A stretch of DNA of 63,347 bases, the filler included, from Octopus bimaculoides (Eukaryota), in assembly GCF_001194135.2 (NCBI RefSeq). It is 6 parts of 5 records of this genome, joined end to end, with 100 filler letters (N's around TTAATTAATTAA, not from the genome) between each part and the next. Parts side by side here need not be neighbours in the genome. Positions count along the whole stretch, not along the records: positions 33,788 to 53,497 come from NC_068982.1; 5 more parts are not named here. One strand, given 5' to 3'. The notes beneath the pieces were generated by a model. It had not been told where the DNA came from. It did no database searches and saw only the letters and a program-made list of their open reading frames with translations. This document shows, piece after piece, positions 34,754-46,096 of the stretch; position 1 is the stretch's first letter; each line of letters starts with the position of its first letter. Made by a program: the position numbers and the translations under genes.

Positions 34754-34958
34754 CTTGCTAACAACAGCTGTTGGCTTCTCAATTGTACTCTCTTTCATCC
34801 AGACCGGCTGCTCTTTCACAGGTTTGTTGTCTCGCTGGTTCGTTTCATCTGACACTGTGATCGTCACTGTATTCTCCTCATAGCCATAGCTGATGTTTTT
34901 TGTTGCTTCACCACTCCACACTGATTTATTATCATATTTGGGATTATTACTTTGGGAT
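34754..34958 (-). CDS. GTF2E1: TFIIE alpha, next coding exon
   Basis: Acceptor ttcctttccAG at 34960-34959. The phase-2 join AA|A gives K-SQSNNPKYDNKSVWSGEATKNISYGYEENTVTI...KPVKEQPVWMKESTI, matching the conserved W...Y.Q.V.I and KE.P.W..EST region. Donor AAG|GTAAGA; 205 nt, phase 0. Confidence 0.9.
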
Positions 34959-35745
34959 CTGGAAAGGAAGTGGACAAAAAACAATTAAACGAATACAGAT
35001 GGTACTTAGTCTGATACTGCTCCTTATCATCATTATATTTTTTAATTTTCAAACAGATTATTCAGAGGAGGTAGAGCAACACCTATGAGTGGTTAGTCTA
35101 CATTACAACTAGAGGATCAGAGGGCTGGTTTCCTGGTTTCTCTGGCATGTATATTCCTCCCTGAATGGGACGTCAGTCCATCACAAGTTTACTCATTTTA
35201 AACAGTTGAATGGACTGGGCCAATATGAAATGAAGTGCTTTGCACAAGAACACAAAGCATCACCCAGTCCAAGAATCAAAACCAAAATCTAATGATCATG
35301 AGCACAACCCCACTAACCACTAAGCCATGTGCTTCCACACCCATAAAACATGATCAGAATACTTGCAAGAGTGGACTCTGCTACAAGCATCCAAGGTCAG
35401 GTGGTGGCATTAAACAGGACACAGGTCAAGTCTAATACACAAGAACCAGAACACTCCCTCTGCCCAACATCTACAGGTTCCATTTACCAAATTTCTTTCA
35501 AAAGGCTTTGAATAACTCAAAGACATTTACTGAATATGCAGCCAGTGGGATCAAATCCCAGAGTACGATGTGTAAAACAAACTTTCTAACCCCACAACCA
35601 TGTCAGAATAAACACATACACTCAACATCAGCATTGATGTGTCATTAGATTTGTCCATGCAAGAATAACTAGACATACTTGCAGCACAGTGAATCACCAT
35701 TCATTTTGGACTGTTGTCATCTTATCTATAAACAAAATATCTTAA

Positions 35746-35936
35746 ACCTTTTAGCATTCAAATTACTCTGTTTGAATTCACTATGCATTATCTCCTAACT
35801 TTGAAAGTTTGATGATGTGATGGTTTATTTTTATAATGACATTGTAAGGTAGGTATGAGAGGCCAGATTGGGCTGGTTTGCACATAAAACAGATGGAATA
35901 TTTTGGCCAGATATGGTCAGTTTAAATGCTAAAGGG
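35746..35936. mobile_element. piggyBac-like MITE
   Basis: TTAA flanks (35742-35745, 35937-35940); termini (C)CCTTTAGCATT / AATGCTAAAGGG. Same family at 38507-38989 and 55269-55457. Confidence 0.75.
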
Positions 35937-37880
35937 TTAAAATCTGATATTACAGAGTCCCATTCCTCCAAGACAGCTACTTCCACTCAACTGCAATGTA
36001 ATAATGTGGTTGCTGAGGCTCTGGAAGAGTATGGCACATGACAAGTTACGATACAAGTTAAACAGATACTGCGGGAAAGGTATCCATAGGACACTCTCTA
36101 CCAACTGAATGCAACACTTTTCCTTTCAGACTTCAACATGATAGAATCCTGCTGTATAATTCTTAAATAAATAGAGACATTACATGGTTTAATACTACAT
36201 CTTTATGTATTGATGTCTGTATCCAAGTCCTCTGTTGTATTTAGACCAGGCTTTGTTGGATGTTGACATGAGTTCACAGCATACCAACACCCTCTACACT
36301 TACTAACATAATTTTGTCCACTTTTTTAACATCCACATATCACCTCTTGCTAACAAGCAAATCACACATCCAGTTCCTTCTCCAAGACATAAATCTCTCA
36401 GCAGTGAAATATATCAGACTATGGAGCCTATATACAGCCAGATGGACTGGACTGTTAATGGTTACATGTCTTGACTATGTACTTGTTACAGCAATGATGA
36501 AGCGTTGTATGAACTATTAATACTTCAGATACATTGTCTGAAACTGAACTGTCGCACACAGTCACCACTCTCTGCACACACACACACACACAAATATATA
36601 TTATTTCAGTACCCATGTCTGTGTGGGGGCCAGCATGCCAAAGAATAGGCCCAACATTTATTCTGCTTGCCATAAAAGGCAACTAAAAGAGGTTGAGGTA
36701 GGATTTGCACTCCAGCCTTGTAAAACCATCACCAGTAACTATTACCCAAAACAGGATTGTTGCCTGAGTGATGCAAAGGTGTCATCTGCCAGGATTAGTA
36801 GGGAATCACCAACAAATGGTGGATGCAGCAACATGCTGTTATAGCATTTGTCCCCATACTACTATTACTAGTCACACGAGAGTAGGGATCTACACTTGGC
36901 AAGTTTTGCTTCAGTCTATGTTGGTAGATCATGGCGAGGTAACATTGCAGTGTCCTCTCCCAGATGCAGACCAGCATAAGGTTGTATGTAAAACCAGGAG
37001 CTGACTATGCAGCAAGTCTCTCCTCTTCATTTTACCAATGTTACCCAAGAGAACGACACAGGCCAATACAACTTTGCACTAGTATCATTGCAGGAAATAC
37101 CAGGACAAAGTTGAAGACAATATCAGACTACTTTAAGGACTCCAGCTCCGGTTATATTACCAATTAAATTGAACCTTGAAGGAAGGAAGATAAGCTGATC
37201 GAAGATTTGAATGCAGAATGTAAAGAATGAAACAATGCTCTAGTAATTTTGACACCGACAATATCTCATCATCATCATCATCGTTTAACATCCGCTTTCC
37301 ATGCTAGCATGGGTTGGACGATTTGACTGAGGACTGGTGAACCAGATGGCTACACCAGGCTCCAATCTGNNNNNNNNNNAGGACTGGTGAACCAGATGGC
37401 TACACCAGGCTCCAATCTGATTTAACAGAGTTTCTACAGCTGGATGCCCTTCCTAACGCCAACCACTCCGAGAGTGTAGTGGGTATTTTTACGTGCCACC
37501 AGCACTGGCAACGGCCACGCTCGAAATGGTGTATTTTACGTGCCACCTGCACAGGAGCCAGTCCAGCGGCACTGGCAACGAACTTGCTCGAATGTCTTTT
37601 CACGTGCCACTGGCACAAGTGCTAGGAAGGCAATGTTGGTAACGATCACGCTCAAATGGTGCTATTTACGTGCCCCCAGCACAGAAGCCAGACAGCTGGT
37701 GCTCTGGAAACAATCACGCTCAGACGGTGCTCCACTTGCCCACGGTGACACGCAGTGGGATTGAACCCAAAACTTCTTAACCACACAGCCATAAGCGTAT
37801 ATATATATGAATACTTAAAAATACATACTTATATACACGTGCACGCACCAACATGGGACTACGGTCAACAGTATCTATCA

Positions 37881-38114
37881 CAAGGCGGCGAGCTGGCAGA
37901 AACGTTAGCACACCGGGCGAAATGCTTCGCTGTATTTCGTCTGCCGCTACGTTCTGAGTTCAAATTCCGCCGAGGTCGACTTTGCCTTTCATCCTTTCGG
38001 GGTCGATAAATTAAGTACCAGTTACGCACTGGGGTAGATGTAATCGACTTAATCCGTTCGTCTGTTCTTGTTTGTTCCCTCTATGTTTAGCCCCTTGTGG
38101 GCAATAACGAAATA
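37881..38114 (+). mobile_element. Full-length SINE, family A, with 11-bp TSD
   Basis: TSD AGTATCTATCA at 37870-37880 and 38115-38125; same head, core and tail as 34404-34631. Confidence 0.92.
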
Positions 38115-38506
38115 AGTATCTATCATTGGGTTACAAACCCTAACCTGATGTCATCTTAGATGAACAGAAGCAAATCCAAGTTAGACAACCAATACTCAAT
38201 ATCATGAGTTACCTCCCTTAATTACATTCTCGTCAACGAATTTCCCTATAATCTATCAAAGTGTTATTTTCTCGTATGATTTTCAGTGAAATCGTTCTTC
38301 ACTCCAAACAAAATATTTTTCTATAGTGATAATTATATTACTATATTTCAATTCTCATTCCAAATCTAAGATGATTAGTATTAAGTAGTTAAGACAGTTC
38401 CTACCTCTCATTTGCAGTATTTTGATATTCTCGTAAGAATATACTTATATCCAATAAGTTTCCATCCAACAATATCCTGGTGGCTCCCACCACAGGCCGA
38501 TATTAA

Positions 38507-38989
38507 CCCTTTAACATTATTCTGTCAAATACATGGGCAAGACTTCTGCCCCCACCACTACCACAAAAAAACCACCCGTTTCTTAAATTTTTTAATTTTT
38601 TTCGACACCCCTCTCCCTTTCGTCTACGGGGAATACGAATCTGCAAAAAATTGGCAAAAATGGGTTAGGGTTTTAAGGTTAGTGTTGAGGAAAAAAGTCA
38701 AAATTGAAGAATTGGGGGGAGGGGGGATTTTATAATGCCGATTTTTGGAGGGGGGGATTTTACAATGCCGATTTTTCCAGAACCTCTGTATCTAAAACGG
38801 GTTTTTGGCAAAAAAAATTTTAAAAAGAAACAAACTTGGGAGAAAATGGAAGGAGGGGGTGCAGAAGTCTTTCCAAATCGTGCATCATCATGTAGCTTTG
38901 ATATATTGATGATGCAATTGTTTATATTTAGAATGACATTGTAGGATAGGTGTGAGAAGCTGGATCTAGCCAATTTAAATGTTAAATGG
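38507..38989. mobile_element. piggyBac-like MITE interrupted by a Merlin-like MITE
   Basis: TTAA-CCCTTTAACATT on the left and AATGTTAAATGG-TTAA on the right; body matches 55269-55457 on both sides of the insert. Confidence 0.7.
38536..38874. mobile_element. Merlin-like MITE with a degenerate TTAGGG core
   Basis: TIR GG(C/A)AAGACTTCTGC.CCCC; imperfect TSD AAATACATG/AAATCGTG; GGGTTAGGGTTTTAAGGTTAG at 38662-38690; tandem GGGGGATTTTA(T/C)AATGCCGATTTTT. Confidence 0.7.
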
Positions 38990-39000
38990 TTAAATACTTC

Positions 39001-39745
39001 GGATCTTTCTGAATTGACGGGCAACACTTGTTTTCTTAACGAAACACTTTCAAACTTGGAATACTGGTAGAATGTGTCATATAAAACAACTTTTTCTCTT
39101 AGCCTTCTTAACAAAAAATTGTACATTGCAAGTTATTTCATGTTAAAGTTGTTGTATTTCTGTAATTTCAACCAATCACTGACGTCTATTCAGCTGAATA
39201 CAGTTACTGCTGTTTTTGTAAACAATAATTTTTGCCCGTGTCAAGATCGTTATTCCGTAGTAAGGATTTAGGGTTTAAGGGTTAGGGTTCGGATTTTAGA
39301 GTTAGGGTTGAGTTAGGTTATGGCAAAAATAATCATAACCCTAACCCTAAAACTAACCCTAACTCTAAAACCCAAACCCTAACCCTAAAACCCTAAAGCT
39401 AAAACCAGTACAAACGCATGAACAATGTCATAAATAACAGTACCACCGATAGTTGTTGCTGACAAACAACAGCACTAATTTTATTCAAGGGAAATGATCC
39501 CATTACACCGCTAAAACATGTTTACATTCCACGGCGGTAATTGTTTTCACCTCAATAGACGTCAGTGATTGGTTGAAATTACCGAAATACGACAATTTTT
39601 TACATGAAATAACTTCGAATAAAAAAATTTTTATCTGTTCTATAACACAAAATATACAAGTATACGAAGTTTGAAAGTGTTTTGGTACCAAAAACACTAC
39701 ATAAAACATAAATGAAAAGTGGTGTCCGTCAATTCAGAAAGATCC
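39001..39745. mobile_element. Merlin-like foldback MITE (745 bp) with head-to-head telomeric-type tracts
   Basis: TIR GGATCTTTCTGAATTGACGG; 8-bp TSD AATACTTC (38993-39000, 39746-39753); long imperfect arms; TTAGGG-like tract 39268-39320 followed by CCCTAA-like tract 39335-39396. Confidence 0.9.
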
Positions 39746-39810
39746 AATACTTCAAATCCCACCCATCCATCCACTGGAGGCGGAAAAAGAGGAGAGAAAG
39801 ATTTACATAC

Positions 39811-40457
39811 TTTTGTGTAATTGATTTCATATCAACAGGTTCTGGTTCAAGAATCTCCGGTGCCAACCGCACATCTTCACATTCTTTCAGCAAGTCATAT
39901 ATCGGTTGGATTTGTTCATTGAACTTTGCTAACATTGTCCGTGCATCTTGTTTCGGTATTGCACTCTCATCTTCCTCCACCTCTACCTGACAAATCATAC
40001 ACATTAATAAACCGGTGTAAGGGTCTAATAACTGACCGGCCTCCAGGTCAGTGTAGGTCTTCTCACACTGTGTACACTTGAAGGATGACCGACTTGTGCT
40101 CTGACGCTCAGCTGCTTCAATCTTTCGACGGACGTGGTCCAATTTATATTTGACAACATTGACAAAAACTTTATAGTTGATGAAATAGTAGTTGTGTCGA
40201 GTGGTGTGACCCTCAGCATCGGTCTCAACCCTCATGCGCACTTTCACAATTTTATCCATTTTCAGAGTATTCAGCATAGAACGTAACTGTTTGCGCTCAA
40301 ACTTCAACAAATCAATAATGTCATCTTCCTTCATACAAGGATGTCGCACTAAAAGATCTAAAATAATGGCATGTTCAATACTGTAGAAACCTCGTACTAT
40401 GAGGCGGACCAATCTTTTCAAGGATTCTGGTACCTCGTGCAGTAATTCTGTTTCCAT
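39811..40457 (-). CDS. GTF2E1: TFIIE alpha, first coding exon (winged helix plus zinc ribbon)
   Basis: Translates as [25 protein letters not shown]...[10 protein letters not shown]...[24 protein letters not shown]...[14 protein letters not shown]...CMIC, matching the TFIIE alpha N-terminus and CxxC...CxxC ribbon. ATG at 40457. Acceptor ttttttgcAG at 40480-40479 gives a 21-nt UTR. Donor GTATGT follows 39811; 647 nt, phase 2. Confidence 0.96.
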
Positions 40458-41909
40458 GTCTCAGCAAATGTTGAAATACTTGCAAAAAAAAGACAAAATG
40501 AAAAGCACAGATATAAGTAAAATTGATAAAAATCAAAACATTACTTACATTAGAAACATAATCACTACAGTCAATGGTCATCTAAACTTCAACAAAAGAC
40601 AACCAATGTAATCACATGATCAGTTAATTGTAAATCTAATTCTCAATCATTTAAAAGACAAGTCAAATGTCTTACAAGAGAATATCAAATAGTAAAGGGG
40701 GGGAAGAGTCAGAGGAGGATAGACAGTGCATGTAACCTTTTTCTAGACCTCTGGGACCAGTGAAAGGAAGTTATCCTTAGATCAGAAGCCTGGACAGGTG
40801 ATGGCATTAAATCAGGCAACTGAATAAATCTACCACTTAAAAATAAGAGCAGTCTCTTTGACAGGCTTCTGTATAGTTTTCATCAACCCAGTTTTACTTC
40901 AAGACTGTTGAAGATATTTGCTCAGGATGCTGTGCAGTAGGGTAAAATCCTAAACCACATAGCTGCAAAGCAAACTTGTTAAATCCCACAGTAGTAAGAC
41001 TAATTATCTAACTAATTTATTTATATCAACTAATTAGTTGTGTGAAACCTGGGTGAGAAGACTGACAAGTAAGACCACATATAAGGGTATGATAAGTAGA
41101 TTCAGGAATATCGGTGGTCTGATCATTAATAAGATTCTGTCTTCAGCCTATTTCTCTTCACACAAGAACTCAGGACAAGCTGCTCATTAGAAGTACTGAA
41201 TGAGAAGCAAAAATCGATCAAAGATGTATAAATAAAACTTAAGTGGGCTTCACAAATGATATGAAGGTAAACATCACTTTTTGTTTACATGGTTGAATTT
41301 GAATATACAAACTGGATAATTAAATTTATGAAAGACAGGGTGAGAACCATAACATTAGCTACCTCCCATATACAAGAGTCTCCATAAATTAAATGCCTTA
41401 AACTATTTATGTCTGAGTAGGAAAAAAATATATAAGTTATGTTACCTAAATGACACAATGCTACAATTGATATGAATGATAGTATACTGACTAAGGAATC
41501 AGGAAGTTACAAATAAGGGTGAATTAGTATGGAAGGGGAAGTATACTTCCATTGCCACTAACCACCCAACCCATGGTTAAGTAGCATTTTACATTTTCTA
41601 TGTCATTTTAAAATGCTGCTATGGATTGTCAAGGTCTGTCATACAGTATTTTGAAAACTGTCACAATCTTATTTTCTCATCTATGAGGTCCAACAAATTG
41701 AAATCTGACCTCATCAGTTTCTATTCTACAAATACCTCCCACTGTCAGTACACAACAATAACAATACCATTTTTGACTGTTACAGTTTTGATTTTCCTTG
41801 TAGTTGTTGTCTTTCCCAGTTTACAAAACTTCCTCTTGAATTTACTGTTTAGATCAATAAACAATATGGAAAATATTTCTTTTTTTGAAAGTTAAAGATA
41901 TAAATAACA

Positions 41910-42110
41910 ATTTCAAATTTTGGCACAAGGTCAGCAATTTCAGGGAGGAGTTAAAGTCAATTATATGGACCCCAGCATTTAACTGGTACTTATTTTATCG
42001 ACCTTGAAAGGAAAAAAAAAGCAAAGTCAACCTCAGCAGAATTTGAACTCAGAGTGTAAGTAACCGAAAGAAATGCCGCTTAGCAATTCTGCCAGCTTGC
42101 TACCTTAATA
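41910..42110 (-). mobile_element. SINE family A, diverged
   Basis: Core ACTGGTACTTATTTTATCGACC..GAAAGG...GCAAAGTCAACCTCAGCAGAATTTGAACTC. Confidence 0.8.
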
Positions 42111-42639
42111 AAAGCTATAACAGCATATAACTATTAAGTTAAAAAAACCCATTGCATGGAAAAAGTCCAAGGCTGCCCATAGGATGGGAGGATTAAAGTT
42201 TCCAAAATGGATGTAAAAATTCAAAGGACTGCTTTAGTCCAATGTTAGAATGCTTGTTTTTTTTAATTGTTTAATTGTAGGTTTGTATCCCAGAGGTAAC
42301 CTTCAACATATTCTATTTAAATGGGTTTCTAAGCCAATATCTACACACTATTATTTATAGCTTAATCTGCTTCGAGATCCACCAATCCAAAAAAAAAATT
42401 CCTTCACATTCTCTTGAAGTTTATAAACTCTTATGACATCAACATTATGGAAAGTATTTTTTTAATCAATCAGTCTTATTCTTGAAATTTTATCAGTCCC
42501 GTAAAATTTTTAGAGAAAATGAAGAAAAGTAACACATTTTAAAATAATGTTTTGTTGGGATTTTTCCCAACTAATACAACGTGGGCTGTATTAAAAAACT
42601 CGTTACACCAGTTGCATTCCCTTGAATTATAACTTTTGA

Positions 42640-42930
42640 AACTCAATAGCAAAGAAACAAAAGTTCCTGCACATCATCCACTGCTTCAATGAGTTGTTTG
42701 CAGAGTTTATGAATTGTTAGATGTGTGGTTGTGCTATAAGATCCCATGATATGGGAATGATTTGGTTTGAAACTCAGTGCATCATTGGTTGTATTTTTGC
42801 ATTGCTTGGCATAGCAGCATTGATGCATGAAATAGTGAAGGATGATTGCACAAATGTATCCACTCCAGTGGTATCCCATGAGACACCAGTCCTCATCTCC
42901 AAGTTAAATCATTTGGACGTTTCCCATCTG
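42640..42930 (-). mobile_element. Possible mariner transposase remnant
   Basis: Weak GDE.W-like, HDNA-like and PYSPDL-like traces in decayed frames. Confidence 0.3.
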
Positions 42931-44133
42931 ATCAATACAACAATACGTACACAGCATACAGAGGATACAATCAGATTACTATTCAACTCCCACTGAAAAC
43001 TTGAGGACTGCCAATTAAGGAAGTAAAAACAAAATAAATAACACATTAATGGAAAAGTAAACTACTTCACTTCATTACTTTTAATCTAATCTCAATTAAG
43101 AACTCAAATTCAATTTATAACAATTTCGTTTTATGTATTTCCTCCCTGTTTGTAGACAATATGGGGTACCAATTCACAATAGATAACATGAAAAATGAAG
43201 GAAAACAAAATTTATTTTTGCGATTGCTAGTGTTGTTGTTTAGCACCAGGTCAGCTTTGAACAAGTAAACATGACCAGAGGCTTTCAACCGCGACTTTGT
43301 CACCCTTTTTTGTATCTATGAAATAGATAAAAAAAATTAAGAGTGCTCCATCCTTCCTGTCTTTTCCTAAGCACAGAGGGCCCACACCCACTTTAGGAAT
43401 ATGTATTACTGTCTTCCTGTTTTAGAGACACATAGTGTACTTCTTTATTGAGACTGTTGATATGATCTGAAAGTGGTTTCGCTGCTATTTCTGACAGATC
43501 GATCCCATATCTCTCATTACAACATTCTGGTGCAGTTAATTCGAATCCACTGGTTACAAAAGAAATGAGACTTATATTTTTATATGCCTAATACAAATGA
43601 GACTTGAATAGAGGGCATAAAAAAAAGTGTTTCTTAAAATAACTACTGATTAACTGTGAAGCCTACGAGATGTCAGTTCGCTTCCCACATGGCACTCCTG
43701 TTTTCTCTTCATTTACATTCTTCCAATCCATTCCACGTTTACATTTACTATATAGGTATATCTTGGATAAATTAAAAGAACATTTTCTTTGGAACATAAT
43801 TTCTGTCTTAACTATTTACATAATGATTGATGCAATCAGTTTTGATGTGGATCAACAAATAAACGTATACCACTTGTAATTAAATACAAGGATACACAAT
43901 ACCTACACAAACACGAGCTAAGACTTTACGCTCGACCTACAAGAAACAGCAGCCAAATTTTCCTTTATTCACACTCTGTCGTTTTAAAAAAGGAGAAATG
44001 TAGCTTTAAATAGTTATGAAAAGAAAGAAGACGGGACAGGCGTGAGTGGAACATCACTGACCATATGATCTAGAGCTAAACAACAACAGCTGATCTAGGG
44101 CTAAACAGCAAATATATATATATCATATTATAT

Positions 44134-44176
<43 letters not shown>

Positions 44177-44349
44177 AATACGTTGGTTCTCGCAGTGTGT
44201 GTGTGTGTGTATAGAAGATGAAGGATAAACTTTAGCGATGTTCGTTAAGTTTTCTTGTGAAAAAGGCGAACCGAATATAGACTCCGAAATGTATTTTGTT
44301 GGAGAGAGTGTATGTTAAATATTAGTGAGATACAATAAAACTAACTTAC

Positions 44350-44432
44350 ACACAAATACTAAAGATTAGCCATTACTGTGAGCAATTCTTGTTATAAACA
44401 AAACATTTGTGAAGCGCGCCATCAGCTTCCGG
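44350..44432 (-). promoter_or_regulatory. Probable GTF2E1 promoter and non-coding first exon
   Basis: Local CpG cluster with a YY1-like GCGCGCCATC (44414-44423) and an ETS-like CTTCCGG (44426-44432). Minus-strand donor GTAAGT at 44349-44344. The ATG-containing exon has an upstream acceptor, so a 5' exon must exist. Confidence 0.5.
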
Positions 44433-45122
44433 TGGCGGGTGTTGTTACAAATGAAGGAATGGCTTTCGAAAGCGAAACGGAATTTAGTTTCAAACACAAA
44501 ACGGAATACGATTCGTTTCTAATGCGATAAATAAAACAGTTGTTATTGTTGTTAATTAACCGTAGTTCGGTCATTAGATTGAAGAACATTCCGACGATGA
44601 CCATCCCATCTTTTGCTCAAGTCTACCGTGTACAGGGCATTATCTGGCCATGCAGTACTTCCCTACTGATTCGATATTGCAGAGTATAATAATAGAAGAC
44701 TAATCTCATCTCCCGTCACCGTTTAGTTGCCCATCATCCATGGACAATGATCTTTAATGTTTGCCGTGTTCTGTTGTCAGATCTTCAACATCTTTAATTG
44801 ATATATAACATATCTGAGTCTGATTAATGGAATACCGAAAAATTCTGAAGGAAAAAAAAATTCCTTTAGCATTGTAGTAAAGTACAGCAAGTGAAATATG
44901 AGAAAAAACGCACTAAATTGTAGACGTGATTTCTGTAATGATTTCTAATGATGACAACTCTAAAGATTATAGGGGACAACACAAATACACTCGATTACAT
45001 TAACTATTGTACTTTACTGGTTCTACTTTTATCAATCTTATAACTATCAAAGATAAAAATTGGTCCCTACTGGGTTTCAGTTCAATGCGTAAAAGAAAGT
45101 AACTAAATACGGTAAATATTTT

Positions 45123-45328
45123 GGTCATTTTTCAGATTAACACCCGCACGATTACCTAACCGTAACCCTAAACCTAACCCTAATCGTAACCATAACTATA
45201 ACCCTAACCTTAAAACCGTAACCCTAACACTAGCCCTAATCCTAACGCTGACCCTAAAACCCTAATCCTGACCCTAAAACCCTAACACTCTAGTGGAAAT
45301 CGTGCGAGTGTTCATCTGAAAAATTACC
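45123..45328. mobile_element. Merlin-like MITE with (CCCTAA)n-type core
   Basis: 31-bp TIR GGT(C/A)ATTTTTCAGAT.AACAC.CGCACGATT; 8-bp TSD AATATTTT (45115-45122, 45329-45336); about 130 bp of degenerate CCCTAA repeats. Confidence 0.88.
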
Positions 45329-46096
45329 AATATTTTTCCCGGTGTTGTTTATATCTTATGTTATTCAATGATGCGAACGAATTCAAAGACTGACGGTTTA
45401 ATTTCGACAACAGCTGAGTCAACCTTCAAACTCGCAGGCACCAATACCACCCTACAACATTACTTTGGGATTAATTCTTTAACAGCAGCTTCCATGGCAA
45501 CAGCAAAATGTAGAAGTGGCCTTTAGCATTTTTCGGATCAATAGGCTATATCAACGGACATAGCTATTAAAAAAAGTATTATTGTTGAGGAGTTTACCTG
45601 CTAGTATACTTAGCAGTTGTTGTTAGGCATACAACCCAACCCCAAAGTAACAGGACCAGTTGACGCAACCCAGAGATACTGTTCCAGGTTGTAATGTAGC
45701 AGTTGAAACAGCTGGCCATCGGCTTTTCTTTTTTTCAGGAAGGTCTAAATGCGAGAAGTTGAGCTATCAAAGAACTAATGTCAATATCATTGGCGTATCT
45801 TTCCTTAATGACATCGTTTTCTGATGAGATTCCTGATATGTTTGTTGATAAACCTTGTAACTCAACTGTTCAAGTGTTGGTCGTGTAACGATAAGATATT
45901 TCTGATTTTGGTTGTCATCAGTGAAAAGATCTGGTCGATGAATACAAGAACATAAATTCCGTTTAAGAGTTTTAAATAAAAAAATATTCATTTATTAAAC
46001 AAAACAATGTATTGTCACGACCAACAACAGAAAAATGTTTATACCAAGCTAAAACAGTTCAACGGTTTGTGATGCTTTTGCGTGTCGAGAAAAACG

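Noticed and set aside
37329-37419. Apparent 40-bp tandem duplication
   Set aside because: The identical copies flank a 10-N gap, which indicates an unmerged contig overlap.
39268-39396. Ancestral telomere-telomere fusion site
   Set aside because: The head-to-head tracts lie inside a TIR- and TSD-bounded MITE, so transposition explains them.
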